Of a stretch of 64,000 nt of DNA, positions 11,088 through 24,339 are shown in pieces (within the stretch, counting starts at the first letter, position 1; each line of letters opens with the position of its first letter). A program made the translations under genes and the position numbers. The notes below the pieces were generated by a model. It was not told the origin of the DNA. It saw only the letters and a list, made by a program, of their open reading frames with translations, and searched no databases. Source of the stretch: a virus (Duplodnaviria > Caudoviricetes); IMG/VR virus record IMGVR_UViG_3300027763_000031, positions 1 through 64,000 of that record; one strand, 5' to 3'.

Positions 11088-11555
11088 ATGGCAAAACCCG
11101 GCGAACAACTCAACAAAATGCTTGTTCTGGCAGTGAATAATCACTCAGGACAATACGACAAGGGTGGTAAGCCCTATATCCTGCACACGCTTAAGGTGAT
11201 GCACTATCTGAAAACAGAGGATGAGGAATTGATGCAGATGGCGGTCGGCCACGACCTCATTGAAGATACCAAGGTGACGTATGCGGAGTTGCGTGAGTTG
11301 GAGTTTACCCACCGGGTAATCGAAGGCATCCGCGCCCTGACTAAGATTCCGGGGGAAACCTACGATGAATACAAGCACCGTGTGTTTTCCAATGAGGATG
11401 CGATGAGGGTGAAACTATGCGATCTACGACATAACACCGATGTGCGCCGCCTCAAAGGTGTAACTGAGAAGGATATTGCTCGGATGGCGAAATACCATGT
11501 TTTCTACATGGAGATTATGGCCAGATTGCAAGAGATTGATGAAGGTGATTTTTGA
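11088..11555 (+). CDS. HD-domain (p)ppGpp hydrolase-like protein (small alarmone hydrolase/Mesh1-like)
   Basis: HSGQYDKGGKPYILH, HDLIEDT, VKLCDLRHN. Confidence 0.85.
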   Translation: MAKPGEQLNKMLVLAVNNHSGQYDKGGKPYILHTLKVMHYLKTEDEELMQMAVGHDLIEDTKVTYAELRELEFTHRVIEGIRALTKIPGETYDEYKHRVFSNEDAMRVKLCDLRHNTDVRRLKGVTEKDIARMAKYHVFYMEIMARLQEIDEGDF

Positions 11556-14500
11556 TGGAATTTCGATCCTGCAAAAAGCCAGAATGCTACAGCCCTGGCC
11601 GAACAAAGTCCTATGCCGAGATCGCAGAGAACGACTGCTTTACGTGCTTGGAACGGGCCACTTGCCTTGATTTTGGTAGGGACACAGTAATACTGAAACA
11701 ATTCCTTGACATTCTTGACAAGGACATTGAGACTAATCCACAAAATATAAAACCGATTACCGAGCCCCTAGTTGGGAAATTAGGGGATTTGGTCGGGGAT
11801 ATTGAGATCGACCCCGATGCCCCACTAGTAGACGACTGTGAAGTTGACATACCCGGAGAAGACCTACCCTATCCACATCTTCAATACCATCCACCACACC
11901 TCCCCCAACCACCTATAACTATGAAAGAACCCACAAGTCTCAAAGAACCCATAGAAATCCTACTCAGAGTCTTACTAGCAGGAAACACCGTGACTGACGT
12001 TAGTGGAGAGGAATACGGAATGGATGATGAAGGGCACCTCCTCATTAAAGTAAACCGGTCTCACCCTAAATACGCCCCGAATAAAGACCCGGAACCAATT
12101 TGGCTACAAGTGCCATGCGATATTTCTGAGCTTAAGACGATCGCCGATCGCATCGGTAACGATACCCTTTGGTTGAAGGCCTGTGGTATACCGCTAAGGT
12201 CCCAAATATGATACACCCTGGGGAGTATTGGCTAGAACCCCTGCGACAAAGCACAGAACGCATTCGTCAAGAGACGGAAGACATTCGAAAAGAGTCCGAA
12301 GGCATCCGCCGGGAGACTGAACGCATTCGTCAAGAGGCGGAAAATCTCCGCCAACAAAATGCTGCCTTAGAGAAAATCAACCATGAAAAACTCAAGCAAA
12401 TCGTTGAAGCATCCCTTACCAAACCAATAACCATGAAAGACACAGAGTCCCCAACCACGCGTTCTTGAGACGGGCTTTTTTCAGAGAACCTCAATTTTCA
12501 TTCCTGCTGAAAGTTTTGCTGCTCTGAAAAAGCTTCCGGCCAAAATGGGGTCATGAGCCACCTTTTCTGCCGTAACTGTGGGGCCGACGGCCCATCTCAT
12601 GAGCCAGGGGGACCCCTAAACGGACTTAATTTTTACATTGACGGCTGCGGTGTTGCCGTTATTGCCGATGCCTGGAATCGCCGCCCAAACTAAATACATA
12701 CCACCTCCCGATGGCTGACTTAGAACTTGCCCAAGACCCTAAAACTGAAACACCCGACCACTCCGAAAGGAAACGTATTTGCAACCTAGCAACAGCTCAG
12801 GCCAAAACCACCCTAAAGCGAGGTGACAGACTAAGGGTAACCAAATGCCCTGGCACCAAACGATGGATCACCTTTGAGCGCTGGGACGGGGACTGTATCG
12901 TGTCCAAATCGGGAATTGACGACTATCATGCGATTAATATTGATATGGTAAACGACAAAGCTATTAACTTCCCCATACAGCCCGACCCGGCCCCCCTTAA
13001 ATCAATGGCCATGCGATACCGGCACGATTTCGGGCTGCTTGACTCTAAGCACCAAGCTGCTATACTAGTAACGATGCGGCAGCTTTGGGAAGAGGTTGCT
13101 GGCGTCGGGTTCTATCGGCCCCCCATCTGATTGCCTATCCATCGAATACCCCCCGCATAGCCCATCCCCCGCAACAAAATGCAAACCGCCACCTTATACA
13201 CCCTTCAATCTAAAGACATTCTAGTATACGATGACAAGACTCTCAGGTACCTTGACCGTTCTGGGGAAATGTCTCCTCTTCGGGTTGAAGGGGGGCCACC
13301 CTTGTATATTCCCTCATCTTTAAAAGAGACCTACCTACCTTTGCACCATGTGTGTAAATCTTTTAGGGTGACCCAGGGCATCCCTGGAATTTCACCCCCT
13401 GGCCCCTGGAAACGGTATGATTCTCGGAAAGACATAGAAACCTATGACACCATAAATACATACCACCACCTGTTCGCCGTCGAACCTGAACTAGAGGGTA
13501 TCCTATGGCACGTATTTAATGAAGAAAAAGTAGCAGGAAAAATCTCAAAATTAGAGCATGAGAAAAAGGTAGAGGCCGGCAAGTTAGAGAAGAGCCTTGA
13601 AAGCCTCACCCAAACCAGGCAGGAAAAATCTAAACTAGAGGAAAAACTCAACGATGCCTTAAGCACGAATGCCTCTTTGAATGAAAGGTTGCTTTCTGCC
13701 GAGGACGAACTTTTTGATCTCAGGTGGAGGGTTCACAATTTCTGTGAGTACAATGTCTTTAAGCGTCTATGGATTGCGTTCCGCAATGATCTAACACCCT
13801 TTATTGCCAAGGACATTGACCTATAATAAAGATGAATGATGCCTTCGATAAAACCACCAGATGCAACACCGAACATGCTAGAAACATGGTCCGACTTCCA
13901 TTGCGAATACTACAAGTGCAAGATATGCGACCGTAGAATGACTCTTTATTATGATGATATGCGATGAATGCCACCTTTACCTCCTTGAAACATGAAACCA
14001 CATAAACAGCACCAATTACAAGAGGCAATCATTTCCTTTCTTAAGGAACACCCAGGGCGTCACTTCGTTTCAGACGTACACTTTGGAATTAGCGACTATT
14101 TTGCTGATTTTTGTTACAAGCAAGAAGTAGCATGCACCCTATGGAAGTTAAAAGATGAAGGGATTATTAAATATGAGGGAGGCTTCTTTTTTCCCTCACC
14201 AACCAACCATCAAACCACAATGACCAACCTTAACCCGCCGACACTCACCCGAGAACAAATAAACTGTCAAATCCGCATACTCAAGGGGGCATCACCCGAC
14301 CAGAGTATAAACGCCATGCAAGGTTGGATGCTTTCCTTCGAAGAAATCGACTCATTGGTAAAATGGGCGGCCGACATGGAGTTGGAAGCTTGCTGTAAGT
14401 GGCTCGCAGAGCATACAAGGGACGCGATGGCCATCGAGTTTCTCCGCGACGCTCGGCGCCCACAACCTCCGACCCAAAAAGAACAGGCCTTGCGTTTACT

Positions 14501-17500
14501 TGAGACGTACGGTGAATCAGCGGTGAAACTAACACCCGACCAATGCGACATCATTCGCCGCGCACTAGGGGCTACACCTGAGGTTCGCCAATGACAGTGA
14601 CCATCCCAATCTGGCTCTTATTTGTAGGAGGCGGTGCAATTATTGTGACGCTTGCCCTAGCTTGCTTTGGAGCCTTGGCGCTTCGCTACCTTTGATCAAT
14701 TAAACTGCAATGACATTTACATTCACAATTCCACTTTGGCTTCTTTACGGTGCCGCTGGTGCCGTTGGCACAGTGGTCGTAGCAGGAGTTATCTACATAG
14801 GGTTGGCCATATTTATGATGAGCCAACTGCGATGATTGCTGAAGCCACCAATGACCACTGACAATCCCCCATCAATGAATACCAACAGTCCTTTATTTCT
14901 CGTCACCAATTGCGTATTTTCGGGTCCGCCCCCAGAGCCGTATACAAACTGGGAAGAATATTTTAGTAATGTGAGAGAGTGTGGCGTCCTTTACGGCCTA
15001 AAGATAAGCGCCTGCAGATCAATGTACTCAACGCTTGAGCCAAACGAAGAGACCCAATGAGTACAAAAATCCGCCCCAGACTGTGGCAAGCAATAGATAA
15101 CTCTGAGGATGAACTACTGACAATAGAAAGGGAGACGGGCGAGTGTTTTACCGACGGAGACTATAATGCTGCTCGAATCCGGGCTATTCGCGACTGGCTT
15201 GTACCAGAAGAAGAACCATTGGACCACATTTGGTGGGGCGGATTGGTAGAGCATGAGTACAATTTCCGGCAGCAACTTCGAGCCCTGCTCACGTCTGAAG
15301 CTGACTATGCGTTGACATTACAATGACTGAACCAAAGTACCACAACACCGCCGGACACCCTAGAATCGGGGCATTAGCGACGACTGAACCAATGAATAAT
15401 GACCCCTGGATTGACTATTTGGGCGATGGCGTGTATGCCCAGTTTGATGGATATGCCGTCTCACTAATAGTAAATGACCACCGTAATGAGCCTGTGGTTG
15501 TGTTAGAGCCTGATGTGCTTAAGGCACTTAATGACTTTTATGCTAGGGTAGTGGATCACTATGCCTAAGGGTCAAACTGCTGGTAGTAAAAGCACCGCCG
15601 CACCTAGCCTGCCTGCCATAGTAGCTACTGGGGGCCCGCCACCCAAACCCCTCACCTAAAAACCAACCATGCCAACCACCACCGAACCCCTCACCTCCAA
15701 AGCTGCCGCTAACTCAGTCGCCCAAATCGCAGGAAGCCTAAGGCTAAAGGTTCTCAACCACATCCGAACCAAACCTGATGGTGCCACTTGCGACGAGATC
15801 GAACAAGACCTTTCAATGTTGCACCAAACTGCTTCTGCCCGGTGTCGGGAATTAGTGCAAATGGGTCAATTAGAGAAGCGAACCGACCCCTCAACTGGCA
15901 AGGAAACTCAGCGACCCACACGTTCAGGCCGGTCAGCGTCGGTGCTATACGTTAAGAAGCCGGTACTTGCATCGGTGTCTCCATCCATAACACCGTCGCT
16001 AAGCCCCATCGCCAAAGCCTTGCTTGATGCTTTTATTGATGCGGCATGTGGCTCAGACTCAGACCCAACATACGAACCCCGCAAAGGTCTCGCTGCCGCC
16101 CTCCGTGTCCTTGCTGACCTCACGGAATATCCATGGGCCGTTGATTGCGAGACTCTCTACATTCATCCAGAAGAAGTTCGCGCTATTGCCTTAGGATTGG
16201 ATAGTTACAATGGCTGACTCAAGCCACCGCCGCATCCTTGCCGCTTTGCAATTATGGAGAGCGCCCCGTTTCGAAGCCTCAGGCAGCTACCAATACATGA
16301 AGGAACTCCCCTTGGATAACACCGAAAAGGACCAACCAGTACCCTTGTCCTCCACCGCTCAGACCGTATTCGATGCTGCGTGGACTTTGCCTATAACTCT
16401 CGGCGATACCGAAACAACACGTCGCCGCCAAATTGCCGCGTCCCTCCGCGCCGCCGCTGATCTACTTGTTCCAGACCCGGAAATTAGCTCTCAAGGCGGA
16501 ATGCTACTTTCCTGCAAAGATCAACTTTGCGATATTGCCAACGAATTGGATAAACACGATGACTGACAATATCTTAGAAAGATTCAAAGTTGAAGATTTC
16601 GTAAAATGTCGATCTCAAGACACATGGATCTGCGATAATTGCACTAAATGTGGGGATAAAAGATGTTGCCCTGGCCCCCACATTCTATACCGTATTCCTA
16701 AAACTGACTACGCTCTTTGTTCGGATTGCTTAAAACAAGACGGGAGGCTAGGGGTCGGTTAGCCGTCCTTTCTTTCGCAAAGAGGGGGCGCTATACTTGG
16801 TTGCTTAACCACCCCCAAACCATGACCAAACCCACGAAGCTAACATTTGACATTGACCCATACACAGGTGCCGCCGTCTCTCTGGTAGGGTTGCAGATTG
16901 AGGGAATGAGACTTGTTGACATGAAAAGAAAGGGAACAAAGGCTATTTGCACATATCTCCCCCTTGATGTCACAACCCCAGAGGAATAAATGACTCAGTC
17001 ACAACGCGACATCCACAACGGCAACGATTACTTAGAACTGGTAAACCCCTTCCTCGGCGGTGGAACATTCAGTCGGATCGAAGTATATCAGTACGACGAC
17101 TACGAATGGTTCTGGCGAGACTACATGGACCACTACATGGGGCCATACCCCTCGCGCAAAATTGCTGAAGCGGATGCCCGTGACACTTATGAACAAGGAT
17201 GGAAACGATGACTGAATTCACTCCCACCACACAAGCGGTGCTGGGTGCTGCTTACGAGTCAAGGGGATTATGGGACGACCCGGTGCCGGTCATCGTCGCT
17301 GCAGCCCCCCGCGCAGTTGTGAGTAACGCGAAATTTAGAGACACAGTTGGCCTAACTGCTTACGGTGGTTTCTGTCTATTGCGGGACCAACTAGAAGAGA
17401 TTGCTACCGAACTTGAATCCCGACCCTAACCCTATGCCAAACCTCTCACCAACAACCCAATCCGCATGGGATGCTTACAACGACGTTCTCGAACGGGTCG

Positions 17501-18791
17501 GAGTATTCGAAGATCATGGCAATGCCCTCGCTGCGTTTCTCAGGGCTATTATGAATTCAGTGGTCCCCGAAGCCAACTACCCCGTAGAAACACCTTGGGA
17601 AGTCGGCTTTGTTGACCGCGATGCTCAGCTGCGCGGGGATCTCCTTGCAATCGCAACCGAACTTGAAACCCCCCCCCAATAACAACAACCAATGACCAAC
17701 AAACTTGAATTCACCATTGAACCCGAAATAATTGAAGTTCTTTGGCTAACTACGGCAAAAATATCAAACCAGTGGGCAGACGCACTCACAAAATTCATTG
17801 ACGAAATTGGAGGTGACGGCCCTTCTCTTTGGGAATGGAAAGGAATTACCCCGACTCCAGAAAAGATTGTAGAATATCTCCGAGAGTATATCCAGTACCT
17901 TGAGCAAAGTGCTGCCGATGGTGAACTGAATGCCTGTTGTAACGTTATGGAAATAAATGGAGCGTATGTATCTGGGAATGTTCTTCGCGCTATTCGGCGC
18001 CCAAAGTCCCCAACTCTAGACGAGTTAGCTCTACAATTCCTGGGCACCATCGAAAATGACGGCAGGTACTTGCCAGAAATCACAGATACGATTCGCAAGG
18101 CTTTAACTGCCAACTTAAACTCACCGGAATCACAATGACTATCTACGACTTCTTTCTGACGATTGGCCTACTGGTCACCATGGTTACAGTCTACCTATTA
18201 TATTGCCGACAATTACAAATCATCAAAAAACTGCGAACCTTGCATCCAACAATCGCCCCGGATTCCCAAGCCCCCAAGGAACGAAGATTTTCCGAGTCCT
18301 TAAAGGAAATCTGGGAAGTACGAAAAATGCCCGACCCAGAAAGAAAACTCAGAGAGGCTGACGCCAGGATCGAAGCTAGTATGGCAAGGATTCGGGAGCT
18401 TAAAGGAGAAACACGAACAACCTTAGACAGCTTGAGAAGTGGTGGGCAACCAGCCCCAACACGCCAACAAGCACTAACCGCCCTACACGCAATCGCATCC
18501 GGTGCAAATGACATCCGAGAACAGCACCAAGACATTGGGACAATCAAGGCAGCTATCATGGCGGACGTTCGAGTAGACCCGGTATCTGTACTTGACCGCC
18601 TCCCACTCCTTATTGATGCAGACAAAGATGGGCTATGTTGGTGGTGGAGAACTGATGGTACAGGCGTCGAAGGACTTTGGGAGAAATTACAGCATGACAC
18701 CGACATTAAAAATTACAATCTTTCAGACGGAATCTATAAATACACTCACTGGTTGCCGCATTGGGCTATTGTTGACCCAGAATCCCCTTAG
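11552..18791 (+). other. array of ~20 short, tightly packed hypothetical ORFs (e.g. 11552-12211, 12208-12468, 12711-13130, 13179-13826, 13992-14594, 15057-15326, 15323-15568, 16210-16566, 16990-17211, 17208-17429, 17434-17682, 17692-18138, 18135-18791)
   Basis: co-oriented, frequent ATGA stop/start overlaps, paralogous motifs. Confidence 0.7.
15669..16217 (+). CDS. winged-HTH DNA-binding protein fused to a repeated phage module
   Basis: GATCDEIEQDLSMLHQTASARCRELV...RPTRSGRSA. Confidence 0.65.
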   Translation: MPTTTEPLTSKAAANSVAQIAGSLRLKVLNHIRTKPDGATCDEIEQDLSMLHQTASARCRELVQMGQLEKRTDPSTGKETQRPTRSGRSASVLYVKKPVLASVSPSITPSLSPIAKALLDAFIDAACGSDSDPTYEPRKGLAAALRVLADLTEYPWAVDCETLYIHPEEVRAIALGLDSYNG

Positions 18792-18822
18792 ATTGCCCCC
18801 ACCGGCCTTCGGTTATCCGCCC

Positions 18823-18851
18823 TTTACTTGCCGTCTGAGTGAACCTATAAT
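18823..18851 (+). promoter_or_regulatory. sigma70-type promoter directly upstream of tyrS
   Basis: TTTACT-17 nt-TATAAT ending 6 nt before ATG 18858 (near-leaderless transcript). Confidence 0.55.
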
Positions 18852-18857
18852 AGGGGC

Positions 18858-20027
18858 ATGATAAGACCTATACAAAGCGGCATCGTTGATGTACTACCTG
18901 CCACCAACCTAAGCCAATTCCTATCACAACCGAGACGCATCAAGCTTGGATTCGATCCGACTTCAGACTTTTTGCACCTGGGGCATTCTGTACTTCTGAG
19001 AAAGCTCCGTGCCTTCCAGCAAGAGGGTCATACTCCGGTTGTAATTATCGGTGATTTCACTGCTAGGATCGGAGATCCTACAGGCAAAAACACAACTCGC
19101 CCGCAACTTGACCCAGAGATGGTAAGCGCCAATGGGCAGTCCTTTCTGGATACTATGGGAAAATTCCTTGATATGGAAAAATGCGAAATCATATTTAATT
19201 CCACCCACTTAGCATCCCTGCAACTCAACGACATCATCAAGCTCCAGTCTCTAGTGACTGTGCAGCAGCTGCTGGCTAAGCAAGATTTTTCCAGCCGTCT
19301 AAAAAACGAAACACCAATTAGCCTACACGAGTTTATGTACCCGTTGTTGCAAGGTTACGACAGCTTTGTTGTCCAATCAGATGTAGAACTCGGCGGCATT
19401 GACCAAAAGTTCAACATCAGTATCGGACGAACCATCCAAAGGGGACTAGGCTCTGAAGTGCAACAAATAGGACTGCTAATGCCCATTCTTGTGGGTACCG
19501 ACGGCCACCATAAGATGTCAAAAAGCCTTGGGAATACCATCGGAATCAACGAGCACCCTCTCCACATGTTTTCCAAACTGGAGAAAATTCCCGATAGTGC
19601 CGTCAATGAGTTCATCACTTTGCTTACTGATTGTGATCTGGGGGATTTCCCTAGCGACCCACGCGAAAGGCAGCGGCAAATGGCAATCGAAGTTACAGCG
19701 ACCTTTCACGGCATGGACAAAGCCTTAGAGGCCAAACAGAGTGCTGAGGCCATCGTCTTTTCTGGCCTGGCAGGCTCTACCGATAGCAACGTGCCAACCG
19801 CCACTCTCAACGGCATTGTATTTCCCATACCATTAACCAACCTGCTTAAAATACTCAACTTGGTAAAAAGCACAAGCGATGCTAGGCGTAAAATCAGAGC
19901 CGGGTCTGTCTTTTTGTCCGGAATTAAGGTATCGGATGACACCACGATCATCCCTTCAGTGGAAACCCTAAACAATCAAATCATTAGGCTCTCCAAAAAA
20001 GAAATTTATAAATTCACCCTACAATGA
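18858..20027 (+). CDS. tyrS: tyrosyl-tRNA synthetase
   Basis: KLGFDPT..LHLGH, IGDPTGK, YPLLQGYD, ELGGIDQKFN, KMSKSLGN, C-terminal S4-like domain. Confidence 0.96.
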   Translation: MIRPIQSGIVDVLPATNLSQFLSQPRRIKLGFDPTSDFLHLGHSVLLRKLRAFQQEGHTPVVIIGDFTARIGDPTGKNTTRPQLDPEMVSANGQSFLDTMGKFLDMEKCEIIFNSTHLASLQLNDIIKLQSLVTVQQLLAKQDFSSRLKNETPISLHEFMYPLLQGYDSFVVQSDVELGGIDQKFNISIGRTIQRGLGSEVQQIGLLMPILVGTDGHHKMSKSLGNTIGINEHPLHMFSKLEKIPDSAVNEFITLLTDCDLGDFPSDPRERQRQMAIEVTATFHGMDKALEAKQSAEAIVFSGLAGSTDSNVPTATLNGIVFPIPLTNLLKILNLVKSTSDARRKIRAGSVFLSGIKVSDDTTIIPSVETLNNQIIRLSKKEIYKFTLQ

Positions 20028-23000
20028 AATACCTAACCTGGCGAGAGCGGGCCGCTCCGATAATCGCCCATGTCATATCCGAAGTTGGAACCACCGACCT
20101 GAAAATCCTCCGCAGCAAACTTCGAGAGGCTTATCCATTTGGGTTGAGGGAGTATTATCCGTATAAAACATGGTGTGATGAGATTAACCGGCAACTGATT
20201 TCGGAAAAAGTAAAAGCACCGAAGGCCATGCCTGCTGACCCTAACCAAATCACCCTATTTGAATCTTAAGTTGTACAAATGACACTTTCTGAAACTGACC
20301 TTAACCAAATCACCGAATCAATCTGCAACGCAGTTACCAAAGCCCAGTGCCTCTGGGAATGGGACAATGTCAACGATCCACCTTGCCACCCGTCTGATGA
20401 AGATTGGAAAGGGTGTAGTTCGTGCTATGCTAATCGAGAAATCCTAGCCGTTGCCTTCCGGGTCGCTGCGAACCACCTGCGCCCTGAAATTCTCGAAATT
20501 GGACAGTCTTTTATGGACCGATACGATCAAGCACTGAAACAACTGGCTGGAGTGATCGTTGAGGAACTAGAGCAAATTGCCAAACACTTGAAATCTTTTG
20601 ATTATGACTCATCAGAACCTTGATATGCTAACCAAAATTAAAGACTTTGCAGAGGATAACAGAGAACCTCTAATCGCGTTCGGTTTAGTTGGTACTCTAA
20701 TTGCCGGGTGTTCGTTTCTTCTGCTTCAACAGGAAAAAGCTTGGCAACAATTTGTAATTGACCATAATTGCGTAATTGTTGAACGTATCTTAGGGTCACC
20801 TACAATCGGTCATGGTTATGGAATGACTACCTCAGGTCAATTTGGTTATGGGATGGTTATAGGTAACGGATCGGATAAGACATCCTATGACTGTAACGAT
20901 GGAATTAGGTATACCAGATGATTTCACCCACCCCCTTCACTACACGGCTACCCGACCCTGAAAACGATTGCATGTCCCCCTTCATGGAAATCTGGGTGTT
21001 TTGTGATGATGGGTTTTGCGAGTTTGGGTGTTGGAGTTTATGGAAGTACGACCAACTCCTAGATTACCTCGACGACTGCAACGACCTCACTCACTGGTTA
21101 CCATACGACAAAATTCCACACCCAACAGAACAATGACTGACAAAACCCCGCTATAACAACTTACCGAGTGGCAAGAGCTTTCTGATTACTACCTGTCTCT
21201 ATACACAAAAGACTTAGTCGCACCGGAAAATTCCCTGTCTGTGGCTGTAGACCATTGGATGGATCCTATGGCCTTTGACAAAAGTTTCACACTACGGGCG
21301 AGGTGGAAATTAAATGAAAAAGAAACCACTCGTGATATTACTTTTTCAAGGTTCGAGTCTGAAATGAGTAATGGAACTCCGGTAGTCAAAGACGTAAAGA
21401 AACTTGCAGCGTCTATTGCTGAGGATGTAACTAAGGGCTTAGAAGAGGAAATGTTACGTTTCCTGGTCCAGAATGACCACTACAATACTGTCCGCCCATT
21501 GATTATGTCTGAACTTTACAGGCAATGATTACAACATTTCTTTTTCTCCTGGTATACACGGGCATTGCCGGTGCTACCGGATTCTTAATGGGGAGGGTGT
21601 TCTACCGTAATGAAAAGCAACTCCGAAAGATTGAGACTCGGCTCAGGACACATCCAGAGGAAGGTTTTGCAAAAGACGCAGAGAATTTGCGTAGAGACTG
21701 GGAACGAGCGACCGGAATTGTCTCAAGGAGTTTCAACAATCAAGGGAGATGAGCAAAAGTTGCGGATCCTGCATTAGCTTCATAAAGTATAAAAACCCAA
21801 CTTCATCGGGACTATGCGAAAAGTTAGACTGGTCCACCAAGTCAGATTGGGGACGTACCTGCCCCCACTGGGCCCGCAAACGCTACGACCGAAATCAATC
21901 AAAGCATTTAGCCAACAACGAAATAAACAACGAAGTCAAAACAAATGACCCCAACACGACCCTCATACATCCGCTGCATACGACACCCTCACGAGGATCT
22001 CTCAAAGCTGTCATGGTGCGGCCTTCCCTTGAGTAACTTTGACCTTCCTTTCGTAGACATCGACCACGCTGCCCATACTGTCAGGGACGAAGGTCGCCTT
22101 GTCCCCTGCCCAGACTGCATCAATGTGATTGCCTCGCTCCTATTTACTGTAATGGGCTACGCAATTATTGACCCAAAAGCAAAATGACCGAGCTTGACAA
22201 ATTGGCTCACCGAACCCGAACCCTATAGCATCCCCTACTCTGTGGACCCTGCTCAATTTGAGCCCTACGTAAAATGACAAAATTTGATGAAATTGCTAAT
22301 CGCCCAGATCATTCCTGGAACTGGTTTGCTCCAGACGGGTTAAACTCACTCGCATTAGACGGGGGCTTCACAAAAGAGCAACTTTTGGAATTGATACAGG
22401 CCATGGAAAACCCCGATGGCGATCCCGTGGTTTACACCGAAGAAATGGCAGCAGAGGACGACGAGTTACTGGCAAATGTGCCCACTCCACTAAGCACTTC
22501 AACGGGTGGAGACCCTGATGATCCTTCAAGAAATGGGGCAAGTTGATGAACAATGACCCAGACAATGTCTGAAGCACCTACCCCAATTTCCCTGGCCGAC
22601 CGTTTGCCTAGTGACCAAGACTGTGACATTGTTGAATGCTCTGCTTGGAAGATGAGACGCTGCTGGCTAGGAAAACCGCTTTACCATGCCGGAAACAAAC
22701 TATGGATCTGGGAGTGGGCGATTGCTCCAGAGACCCTGAAACTAGCGCCCTGGCCCCATACTCATTGGCTTCCTGCCGATACCGAAACCTTACCTGCCCG
22801 CAATGACTGACACAGAAAGAGCCTTAAAATTGCTTCAATTGCTTGAATCAACGTACCCGTCCACAGACTGGACATCCGTACCTGGGTTCACCCCGGAGCA
22901 AACCCAACTTGTGACAGTATTAATCAAACAACAAGTTTTGGAGGCTATGGATGAGGGGGTGTCCCTTGCGGTTGAAATGATCCGTTTGAGCCCTCCACAT

Positions 23001-24062
23001 CTTACCAAAGATGAAATTGCTAATCTAATTGAAGGTAGTATGCACGACCCCCAATGATTGAAGCTGAACCTTGCGGAATTCTGTTGGCCATCCGAACTGG
23101 GGGGGGCTATTATTTTCTGAAACCGTTAAAATTCCCGAAGCGCTAATGACTGAACCATACACAAAAGAAGAAATGCGCCAGATGTTTCTGGATAACTGCA
23201 AATCGATCGCATCTTATTGGTCCCAGCTAGGGGACATAACCCCAAGAGAAATGTGTGACGGTGTCGTATTTTCCATCTTGGGCGCCATCGATGGTTGCTC
23301 CGGTGGATTTCCTTGTGCTATCGACCTAGTAATGAAACCACATATGGAAGACAAAGACTACCACACCCCAAATGGCGAAAACTGGGTAGAACCGGGCCAA
23401 GTAATTAATGATGATGTAATGCTACATGAGCTATTTGTTAAACCTTTAAGGAAAATGAACGAATCAACCCCTAAACCAACGGACAACCTCTCCCTTGCCG
23501 CGCAGGCGGTTTTGCAAGAGTTTTGGAATGCGCCAGTCTCCCCCGCGAGGAACGTTCAAATTGCCGCCGCTCTTCGTGCTCTTGCACAAGAACTTAAGTA
23601 TGTAGGTATTACTGAAAAGAACATTCTCTCCATCGCCGACGAACTGGAGGGCCCCATTTAATGTCACCTTGTTCATCCTGCATTCACTACCGGGTGGCCA
23701 TAGGCAGCCTTCACCCCATTGAAAGATGGTGCGCTATTTCTGGAGACTGGCTAAGTGCCAGAGACGTATGGCACAACAATCCTGAGGCGTATACCCGAGT
23801 CTGGGGAGTCAAAACAAACGACATCCCCGAGTGCAAGTTTACTATGTCTGCCCGAGAAGTTGGCGAATACGACGAATGGTATGCCTCAAAGATTACTATG
23901 TACTACCGGGAGAATCGTGGAGGATACAAAGGCTTCCACAACGATTTGCGCAATGACCACTGGATAGATGCTTTCAACGAAGAGCGAGAAGTGGCATTAA
24001 ACAACAGTCAGAGGTTCTGGCCCGGTGGTGATCTTCACCACTTTGTACAACGAAAACCCCGA

Positions 24063-24339
24063 GCCATTGCCACCGAGCTGGATGGCCCCAATGTCTGACT
24101 TATCTCCTGCCGCGCAGGCAGTGCTGAATGCGTTCAACGATGAAGCGAAACCAGAGCCACACCATCAACACAAAGCCATCGCCGCCGCTATCCGAGCCGT
24201 GGCAGATCAGGTGGTCCCCCTTGAGCTGAGCCTCCCAGAGCAAGCGCCGATGGACGGCCACACCAGGCAAGACCAGCGCAGCAAGACTCGACGCGAACTC
24301 CTTGCCATTGCCACCGAGCTGGAGGGCCCCAATGTCTGA
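24063..24339 (+). repeat. 36-bp direct repeat (1 mismatch) at 24063-24098 and 24304-24339
   Basis: gccattgccaccgagctgga(t/g)ggccccaatgtctga. Confidence 0.9.

Noticed and set aside
12433-12693. Genome-wide TGA stop-codon reassignment
   Set aside because: Many conserved genes terminate properly at TGA and long ORFs are intact in the standard code
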